64,000 nt of DNA from Gemmatimonadota bacterium (lineage in GTDB: Bacteria > Gemmatimonadota > Gemmatimonadetes > Longimicrobiales > RSA9): assembly GCA_040905425.1 (NCBI GenBank), contig JBBDRO010000080.1, positions 1 through 64,000 of the forward strand, given 5' to 3'. Positions within the stretch are counted from its first letter, which is position 1, and each line of letters begins with the position of its first letter. Shown in pieces: positions 10,161 through 17,668 of the stretch. Position numbers and translations under genes: made by a program. The notes under the pieces were generated by a model. The model searched no databases. It saw only the letters and a program-made list of their open reading frames with translations, and was not told the DNA's origin.

Positions 10161-10709
10161 ATGTCCGGAAACGGGCCGGAGCAGCGGCGCGACGAGCGCC
10201 GGGTAGACCGGCGAGTGGTGCGGACGAAGCGTCGCTTGAAAGGGGCCCTTCTGGAGCTGATCGCGGAGCGCGGCTACGACGCCATCACCATCAGCGATCT
10301 GACGGACCGTGCCGACGTGGGCCGGTCGACGTTCTATTCACACTATGAGTCGAAGGAAGACCTGCTCTTCTCGGGGTTCGACCGTTGGGTCCTGACGCTC
10401 GGAATTCCCGGTGAAGCCGCGGGCCGCTACGGGTTCAGCCTGCCCCTGCTGCGCCACATCCGCGAGCAGCAGGCGTTCTTCGAGGCGACGATGGTACGGA
10501 GCGGCGACGCGCGGATCCGGCGCCGGATCACTTTGCTGGTGGCGGAGCGGGTGGAACTGGAGCTGGGCAGCGTCCCCGCGTCCGAGCGCCCGGCCCGGGC
10601 GCATGCCGTCGTGGGCGCATTCACCGGCCTGATCGCGTGGTGGCTGGGCGAGGCCCCGTCCGTCCCGGCGGAGGAGGTGGACCGCATGTTTCGGGCGGCC
10701 GTGCGCTGA
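10161..10709 (+). CDS. TetR/AcrR family transcriptional regulator
   Basis: DRRVVRTKRRL...ITISDLTDRADVGRSTFYSHYESKEDL helix-turn-helix. Confidence 0.92.
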   Translation: MSGNGPEQRRDERRVDRRVVRTKRRLKGALLELIAERGYDAITISDLTDRADVGRSTFYSHYESKEDLLFSGFDRWVLTLGIPGEAAGRYGFSLPLLRHIREQQAFFEATMVRSGDARIRRRITLLVAERVELELGSVPASERPARAHAVVGAFTGLIAWWLGEAPSVPAEEVDRMFRAAVR

Positions 10710-10710
10710 G

Positions 10711-10745
10711 CACCGAGACGGAGGAGATCCACCGTCTGCTGGTCG
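10711..10745 (+). repeat. Orphan diverged copy of the 5' coding region of the PAS kinase (12561-12595)
   Basis: 32/35 nt identical; TETEEIHRLLV vs TETEAIHRLLV. Confidence 0.8.
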
Positions 10746-11093
10746 ACGTGGGCTGAATTTCCGTGCTGGGTGCCCGCCTCATGGGGCGCCCCCACCGCCT
10801 TTTCGCAAAGGTGCGCCAGGTGCCGCGCGGAGCCGCCCCGTCCGGAACAGGTGCCACCAGCATGCGTGCCAGGCCGCGCGCAGCGTGAAGTAGATGGTAA
10901 GCGTAGCCGGGAGCGCGTGGTAGACGAGGCCGCCGGATCCCCTCTCCCAGGCCAGATCCCACGGGATCACGTCCGGCGTCCACCCGAGCGCGGGCGGCGG
11001 CGCTGGGCGGGCACGTCCCCAGAGGCCAACGCATGAGCAATCCCTTCGTCGCCTGCGCCGGTGCGGTCATCGGCGGTGCTCCAACCGCCGCCG

Positions 11094-12200
11094 CTACTCC
11101 GCCACCCGCAGGATGCCGATTGCGCCCTTCTGGCCGTGGCCGAAGCCGTGGTTCACGAACGGGAAGTTGCCGGGGACATCGGCCATGAAGTCGAAGACCA
11201 TGCCGCCGCCGGGCGGCACAGCAAAAGTCTGCACGCCGCGGAGCGGATTGTCGGGCGGGGCGCCCAGCCAGACGTTGTCGAACTGCTCGCCGACTACGTG
11301 GAAGCTGCACTGGTGTGACGGCCCCGCGCTGACGACCCAGAAGCGCACGCGGTCGCCGCGCTGCACGGTAATCGGATTCTGCATGTACTGGTCCGGCCGG
11401 CCGTTGAAGACCACGTAGTCGGGCGTGCCGGCGGCCATCTTCTGATAGTCGAGCGGAAGCACGCCGTTCTCCGGCTCACCGACGTAATACTCGCTCTGGA
11501 CGAGCACGAATTCGCGCGCCGCCGGCAGCGGGTCGCGGGGCGAAACGATGATGGCGCCGTACATCCCGGCGCCGATGTGCATGAGCACCGGCCCCGTCCC
11601 GCAGTGGTACATGTACGCACCCGCGTAGCGCGGCTGGAACGTGAAGGTGACGGACTCCCCCTTCGGCACCGACCGGAATGCCACGTGGGGGTCGATCTGC
11701 GCGGCGTGGAAATCCATCGAATGCGGCACGTTGCCTTCGTTGGTCAGCGTGAACTCGATCGTGTCGCCTTCCCGGACGTGCAGGACGGGCCCCGGCACGT
11801 CCCCCTCGAAGCACCACGCCGCCATGGCCAGGTCCGGCCTGATGCGCACCGGCACTTCCATCGACCGCCAGTGCACGGCATGCGTCGTCTGGTCGGAAAG
11901 CGCCGGCAGCGCCGGGTCGTAGCTGCGGTACGGCGCCGCTTCGTCGATGCTCATGACCTGTGGCCGGTGCGCATCGGGGTCGCGGATGAGCGCGGTGTCG
12001 AGCCGGCTGTTGCTGTTGAGCGGCCCACCCCTCCCCGCTCCGGCGGAGGCGCCCTGCCCTTCCTGGCCCTCCTGCTCGCAGGCCACGACGCCTGCCAACG
12101 CCGCCAGCGAGGCGCTGGCCATGAAGCCGCGGCGGGACACGCGAGACTCCGCGGTGGACACCATTTTTGACACAAGCCGGGGCTGGCCCAGTCCGCTCAT
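11094..12200 (-). CDS. nirK: Copper-containing nitrite reductase (two-cupredoxin), predicted Tat lipoprotein
   Basis: SRRGF twin-arginine motif plus VVAC; Cu-ligand motifs HSMDFH, YHC...H...M, FHVVG, PFVNH. Confidence 0.75.
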   Translation of the reverse strand: MSGLGQPRLVSKMVSTAESRVSRRGFMASASLAALAGVVACEQEGQEGQGASAGAGRGGPLNSNSRLDTALIRDPDAHRPQVMSIDEAAPYRSYDPALPALSDQTTHAVHWRSMEVPVRIRPDLAMAAWCFEGDVPGPVLHVREGDTIEFTLTNEGNVPHSMDFHAAQIDPHVAFRSVPKGESVTFTFQPRYAGAYMYHCGTGPVLMHIGAGMYGAIIVSPRDPLPAAREFVLVQSEYYVGEPENGVLPLDYQKMAAGTPDYVVFNGRPDQYMQNPITVQRGDRVRFWVVSAGPSHQCSFHVVGEQFDNVWLGAPPDNPLRGVQTFAVPPGGGMVFDFMADVPGNFPFVNHGFGHGQKGAIGILRVAE

Positions 12201-12510
12201 TGGATCGCTCCTGTTCGGATGCCGTGGATGAGGATCGTCCTCGATGCCGGGCCGGTACGCGCAAATGAAGGGCCGGCAGGGCGGCCAAGAGGTTTCTTGT
12301 TCTGTGGGCTCCCGCGCTCCTACCTTGGCTCAGCGGACGAATTGTTAGCGTCCGGGGCGGTGGGTGGCCCGATGGCTGAGCGACCGATTGTTCCTGGAGG
12401 GCACGCTTGCCGGGCCCGGCCGACGGGACCGATCCTTGCGGCGGACCGTTGCCCGCGCGGCGCATGGTGCCGGATCAAAGCTTTCCCGGAACCCAACTCC
12501 AGGGACGTCT

Positions 12511-13677
12511 ATGACAGGGGACACCGGACGCGACGACCCGCTTCCCGCTGGTACCGCGACCACCGAAACTGAGGCGATCCACCGTCTGCTGGTCGCCAGC
12601 GTCCGGGACTACGCCATCTTCGCCCTCGACGCCACTGGGCACGTGATGACCTGGAACGCGGGCGCCGAGCGCCTGAAGGGCTACCTGCCCGAGGAAATCA
12701 TCGGCAAGCACTTTTCGATCTTTTATCCGGAGGAGACCAGGGCCACGGACTTCCCGACCTACGAACTCGAAGTGGCGTCCAGGGAGGGCGTATTCGAGGA
12801 CGAGGGCTGGCGGATAAGGAAGGACGGCAAAACCTTCTGGGCGAACGTCGTGATCACGGCGCTGCGTGACGAGACCGGAACGCTGGTGGGCTTCGCCAAG
12901 GTGACCCGCGACCTCACGGAGCGGCGGAAGGCCCAGCAGCAGGCCATCGAGGATGCGCTTCGCGTGGCGGAGGCGGAGTCCGCAAACCGGGCCAAGAGCC
13001 AGTTTCTGGCCGCGATGTCGCACGAACTCCGCACGCCGCTCAACGCCATCGGCGGCTACATCGACCTCCTCTCCCTCGGGGTCCACGGTCCGTTATCGGA
13101 TGCGCAGAGCCAGGCGATCGAACGGGTGCGCAACGCGCAGCAGCACCTGGTGACCCTGATCTCCGACCTGCTGAACTTCAGCCGTATGGAGGCCGGGCGC
13201 CTCACCTACGAGATCGCGGATGTGGACATCGCGGAGGTCATGGAATCGGTCCGTATCATGATCGAGGCCCAGGCTACCGCCCGGCAGGTCGAGGTCCATT
13301 GGGAGCCCGCCGAAGGGCCCGTCGTTGGCGCAGCCGACCAGGCACGAATTGGCCAGATCCTGCTCAACCTGCTCGGCAACGCCATCAAGTTCACTGAGCC
13401 CGGCGGGACGATCCGCATCCGTTGCGCGCGTGACGGCAAAGTCGTTCGGCTGGAGGTCGAGGACACGGGCATCGGCATCCCGGCCGACCAGCTCGATGCC
13501 ATCTTCGAGCCGTTCACGCAGGTCGGCCGCACACTGACCAGCCCGCAGCAGGGGACCGGCCTCGGCCTGGCGATCAGCCGCGACCTTGCCCGGGCCATGG
13601 ACGGGGACATCACCGTGGACAGCGAGCCCGGTAGGGGGTCCACGTTTACGTTAACACTACCGGCGGCCAGGTCGTGA
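12511..13677 (+). CDS. PAS-domain sensor histidine kinase
   Basis: PAS (DYAIFALD...WNAGAERLKGY); H-box MSHELRTPLN; N, G1, G2 boxes (NAIKFT, DTGIGI, GTGLGL). Confidence 0.93.
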   Translation: MTGDTGRDDPLPAGTATTETEAIHRLLVASVRDYAIFALDATGHVMTWNAGAERLKGYLPEEIIGKHFSIFYPEETRATDFPTYELEVASREGVFEDEGWRIRKDGKTFWANVVITALRDETGTLVGFAKVTRDLTERRKAQQQAIEDALRVAEAESANRAKSQFLAAMSHELRTPLNAIGGYIDLLSLGVHGPLSDAQSQAIERVRNAQQHLVTLISDLLNFSRMEAGRLTYEIADVDIAEVMESVRIMIEAQATARQVEVHWEPAEGPVVGAADQARIGQILLNLLGNAIKFTEPGGTIRIRCARDGKVVRLEVEDTGIGIPADQLDAIFEPFTQVGRTLTSPQQGTGLGLAISRDLARAMDGDITVDSEPGRGSTFTLTLPAARS

Positions 13678-13693
13678 CGCCGGGAGCATCCAC

Positions 13694-13749
13694 GTAAGCG
13701 ACGGTCGCTCATCAACGCGCCGCGCGGACCGGCATGGTTCGCGGGGCGC
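13694..13749 (+). repeat. 3' half of the dispersed repeat, copy C
   Basis: GTAAGCGACGGTCGCTCATCAACGCGCCGCGCGGACCGGCATGGTTCGCGGGGCGC. Confidence 0.85.
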
Positions 13750-13753
13750 TTCA

Positions 13754-14107
13754 TCACCTTCCCGGTCGATCGATATCCCCCGGCGGGTCGCCCAGCAATT
13801 GCCGGTAGAAGTCGCGCTCTGTGCGGACGCGCTCGAGCTCGGCCTGCGAGCGTTCCAACTCACCCTCGAGCGCACCGAGCCGCCCTTCCAACTCGGCCAC
13901 GTGGCCGCCTGACGCGGTGCCCGGCCCGATCCCAAGACGCCCGTAGGACAACGCGGTGCTCCCGCAGATGGGGCAGCGCTTCCGGTAGAAGGGCACCGCC
14001 AGCAGGGACACGCCCGCCGTGATCACCGCAAAGAAGACAGTGCCGGCCCCGATACGCCGGCGTGCCTCCACCGGGCGATCACAGAGGGCACAATGCATGG
14101 CCGCCAT
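13754..14107 (-). CDS. 117-aa CxxC-hydrophobic-CxxC zinc-ribbon protein with coiled coil (LITAF-like architecture)
   Basis: GGAGG RBS; CALC...hydrophobic stretch...CPIC; heptad C-terminus. Lies inside the longer 13754-15751 shadow ORF. Confidence 0.7.
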   Translation of the reverse strand: MAAMHCALCDRPVEARRRIGAGTVFFAVITAGVSLLAVPFYRKRCPICGSTALSYGRLGIGPGTASGGHVAELEGRLGALEGELERSQAELERVRTERDFYRQLLGDPPGDIDRPGR

Positions 14108-14329
14108 GTTCGACTCCTCCCACCTGCGCACGTGTAGCTGACCCCTCGGGCCGTACGCGGCGGTCACGCTCGTAGTTTCCCGGCGAGTACCTGCCTTGCG
14201 GCACCTTGCCCGCGCACCCGCGCGACACCTACAATCCGTCCATCCGTGCATCCACCCGCGTATCCAGACCCACGTCATCCCCACGGCCATCCCCACGCCG
14301 TGCCCTACCCACTCCGGGAGGACCGCTTC

Positions 14330-15832
14330 ATGACAGCACAGATGAGGAAAGGTGGCACACGACCCCTGGTCGTAGCCGGCGTTGCCGTGCTCGTGCTCAG
14401 CACCGCCGGGCTGACGGCGTGCGGGCCGCGCCTGCCGGACGCGGACGCGGCGGCCGAGCTCCCCGGCTGGGCGGCGGACCCGCCGGAGGTGGACGCGCTG
14501 GTCGAGGCAGCGCGCGCCGAGAGCGAGCTGCGCACGGTGCTGCCCGCCTACTCGTCCGGGCAGCGCGCCATGCGCGCCACGCTGGACGGGCTGGCCACGC
14601 AGGCGGCCGCCGACCAGCAGCAAGCCTGGTACCGCTCGTGGCTGGACGAGCTGGCTGCGCTGGACTTCGATGCCCTCAGCCTCGAGGGCAAGGTGGACTA
14701 CATCGGCCTGCGCAACCGCATCGAGTTCGAGCTGGCCATGGTGGCGGATGGCCGGGAGATGGTGGGCGGCGGCCAGGGCCCCATCGGCGAGGAGGGCCTG
14801 CGGGCGCACCTGCAGCGGGAGATGATCCCCTATACGGCGGAGGAGCTGCTGGCCATCGCCGAGGCGGAATTCGCCTGGATGGACGAGGCGCTGCTGGAGG
14901 CCTCCCGCGCCATGGGCTACGGAGACGACTGGCAGGCGGCGCAGGAGGCGGTGAAACAGGCGGCGGTCCCGCCCGGCGAGAAGCCCGGCCTCATCCGCGA
15001 CCTGGCCTACCAGTCGGAGGCGTTCGTCGAGGACATGGATGCCATCACCCTGCCGCCCCTCATGCGCGAGATCTGGCGCATGGGCATGCGCGGCCCGCAG
15101 GGGCAGCAGACCAACCCCTTCTTCACCGGGGGCACGCAGATCACCATCTCGTATCCCACGCAGGACATGACGCACGACTTCAAGCTCATGAGCATGCGTG
15201 GCAACAACCCCCACTTCAACCGCGCCACCGTGCACCACGAGCTCATTCCCGGCCACGGCCTGCAGGGCTTCATGAGCCAGCGCTTCAATCCTCACCGGGG
15301 GCTCTTCTCCACGCCCTTCTGGGGCGAAGGCTGGGCGCTCTATTGGGAGTTCCTGCTGTGGGACGAGGGCTTTCCGCGCGGTCCCGAGGACGAGGTGGGC
15401 ATGCTCTTCTGGCGCATGCACCGCGCCGCGCGAATCGTCTTTTCCATGAGCTACCACCTGGGGCGTATGACCGAGCAGGAGGCGGTGGACTACCTGGTGG
15501 ACCGGGTGGGCTTTGAGCGCTCCAACGCCGAGGCGGAGGTGCGCCGCTCCGTGCGCGCGGATCCGCTCTACCAGGCCGCCTACATGCTGGGCGGCCTCCA
15601 GTTCCACGCGCTCTACCGTGAACTCGTGGAGTCGGGCCGCATGAGCGCACGGGATTTCCACGACGGCATCCTGCAGGGCGGGCGCATGCCGGTGGAGCTG
15701 GTGCGGCTGCGCATGACCGGTGAAGGGCTCACCCGCAGCTACACCACGCAATGGCGCTTCTACGGCGATCCGCTGGCCAACCAGGTGGCGGTGAACGGCG
15801 AGCGTGCGGCTACCAGCAGGAGGTCCCCATGA
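14330..15832 (+). CDS. DUF885 family lipoprotein (HExxPGH metallopeptidase-like), middle region apparently missing
   Basis: Lipobox LTAC; EMIPYTAEEL, HHELIPGH, EGWALYWE, YQAAYMLG motifs. Confidence 0.85.
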   Translation: MTAQMRKGGTRPLVVAGVAVLVLSTAGLTACGPRLPDADAAAELPGWAADPPEVDALVEAARAESELRTVLPAYSSGQRAMRATLDGLATQAAADQQQAWYRSWLDELAALDFDALSLEGKVDYIGLRNRIEFELAMVADGREMVGGGQGPIGEEGLRAHLQREMIPYTAEELLAIAEAEFAWMDEALLEASRAMGYGDDWQAAQEAVKQAAVPPGEKPGLIRDLAYQSEAFVEDMDAITLPPLMREIWRMGMRGPQGQQTNPFFTGGTQITISYPTQDMTHDFKLMSMRGNNPHFNRATVHHELIPGHGLQGFMSQRFNPHRGLFSTPFWGEGWALYWEFLLWDEGFPRGPEDEVGMLFWRMHRAARIVFSMSYHLGRMTEQEAVDYLVDRVGFERSNAEAEVRRSVRADPLYQAAYMLGGLQFHALYRELVESGRMSARDFHDGILQGGRMPVELVRLRMTGEGLTRSYTTQWRFYGDPLANQVAVNGERAATSRRSP

Positions 15833-16704
15833 TGCGATTCGGCCGACTCATCGCGCATGCGCTCATGCCGGGCGGCGCAGCATCTGGCCCGGCCGCCGCG
15901 CCCGTCCTTGGGCGGTGCGCACCCGCGCTCGCGCTGGCCGTGGCGCTGCTTACCACCGCCGCGGCCCCCGCCGACGCGCAGCGGCCCGGCGGCCGCGGCG
16001 CCCCACCCGACACCACGGGAGCCGGCGGTGCGCCGCTGCTGGCGGCCCTGGTGGCGGAAGCTGCGGAGGAGAGCGACCTGCGGGTTGCGGTGCGCCGCTT
16101 CGAAGCGGACCGGCGGGAGCTGGAGCGGCGCTACGACGTACCGCTCTCCCCCGTGCTCATCGACCGGCTGCGCGTCTATCACGAGGGCTGGCTGGCGCGG
16201 GTGGACGCGCTGGACCCGGCGGGGCTGAACCCGGCCGGCCAGGCCCAGTACCAGGAGCTGCGCGCCGACATCCAGGCCGGGCTGGCGGAGCAGGCCGAGC
16301 TGGACGCCGAGCGGGAGCGCATCGCGCCGCTCGTGCCCTTCGCCCGGCCCCTCCAGGAGCTCCAGGAACGGCGGCGCGCTCGGCTGGACGTGGAAGCGCG
16401 CGCGGCGGCGCAGACGCTGGAGGACGCCCGCAAGGAGGTGCTGCGCCTCACCGAGGAGGTGGGCGCGGGCGCCGCCAACGGCCTCGGTGACCTCCCCGTG
16501 GAGGTGGTGGGCCGGGCCATCGAGCACCTGGACGAGTTGCGCCAGCCGCTGGAGAGCTGGTACGAGTACTACTACAGCTTCGACCCGCTCTTTACCTGGT
16601 GGGTGCGCATGCCCTACGAGGAGTTGAACACGGCCCTGGACGTCTACGAGGCCGCCCTGCGCGCGCGCTGGCCCGCGGCCGCTCCGCCGCGCGAGGAAGG
16701 GTAA
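15829..16704 (+). CDS. Secreted DUF885-like N-terminal/middle helical protein without the HExxPGH domain
   Basis: ATGA overlap with upstream stop; signal peptide; ESDLRVAVRRFEADR, PLVPFARPL..L.ERRR, YYSFDPLFTWWV. Confidence 0.7.
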   Translation: MMRFGRLIAHALMPGGAASGPAAAPVLGRCAPALALAVALLTTAAAPADAQRPGGRGAPPDTTGAGGAPLLAALVAEAAEESDLRVAVRRFEADRRELERRYDVPLSPVLIDRLRVYHEGWLARVDALDPAGLNPAGQAQYQELRADIQAGLAEQAELDAERERIAPLVPFARPLQELQERRRARLDVEARAAAQTLEDARKEVLRLTEEVGAGAANGLGDLPVEVVGRAIEHLDELRQPLESWYEYYYSFDPLFTWWVRMPYEELNTALDVYEAALRARWPAAAPPREEG

Positions 16705-16969
16705 GCGCCACCTGCCCGGATCCGGCGCCTGATGTCCGCCTACACCCGGGGAGGCGCCGCCAGGCGCCGCATTGGCTACGCCACCGACTAGCGTGCCGCC
16801 CTCGATGCGGTCACGGACGCGGTGGCCCCGCCGGGTGACCAGCCCGCCGCTCTCCAGCCGCGCTGAACGTCAAGCGGCTAACGCCACCGGAGGATCGCCC
16901 CGTACAGCGTTGCGTGCCTGGCGCTGACGCCACATGGGAGCCGCGCGGCTGCGTGCGCCCGACGAGGGC

Positions 16970-17626
16970 TCAGCGCGCCAGGTACCCCCCATCCACCGGG
17001 TAGTATGCGCCGGTAATGAAGGACGCGCGCTCCGAACTCAAGAACACCACCAGTTCAGCCACCTCCTCCGGCCGCCCCAGCCTGCCCATCGGGTGGAGCG
17101 CAATCAACGCATCGTTGATCGTCGGGTCGCTCTCCATGGCCGATATGAGCGGCGTGGAGATGAATGCGGGGCCTACTGCATTGACGCGGATGCCGTGCTC
17201 GGCGTACTCCAGTGCCGTGTTTCGGGTGAGGCCGACCAGCCCGTGCTTGGCTGCCACGTACGCCGGTGCCCCGGCGAATCCAACCTTGCCCAGGATGGAC
17301 GCCATGTTGACGATGGCGCCCCCGCCGGCTTCCAGCATGGCGGGGATCTGGTACTTCATGCAGTAGAAGGGCCCCGAGAGGTTGACGTCGATCACCCGCC
17401 ACCACGCTTCCAGGGGGTAGTCCGCGGGGTCGGACACGTCCGCCTGGATGAACGCGGAGCGACCGCCCGTCTCTTGGATCTGCTTCACCGTCTGCTCGCC
17501 CCCCGCCTCATCCACATCGGAGACGACGACCGCCGCACCCATGCGGGCGTAGAGGGTGGCCGTTGCCCGGCCGATGCCGGAGGCCGCTCCGGTGACGAGC
17601 GCTACCCTGCTCTCGAACTCGGGCAT
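16970..17626 (-). pseudogene. Short-chain dehydrogenase with an in-frame internal deletion
   Basis: TGAASGIG and YVAAKHG present, but ADVSDPAD joins directly to YPLEAW, with no G.LD...NNAG segment. Confidence 0.65.
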
Positions 17627-17668
17627 GAGTCTCTCCTCTCATCTCTGAACATTCATGCCGCCCGCGAC

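Noticed and set aside
10779..11070. Possible small membrane gene downstream of nirK
   Set aside because: Requires a frameshift to join two frames and has no recognisable family; cannot be supported
12200..12510. FNR/NnrR box upstream of nirK
   Set aside because: No TTGAT-N4-ATCAA-like site found by eye
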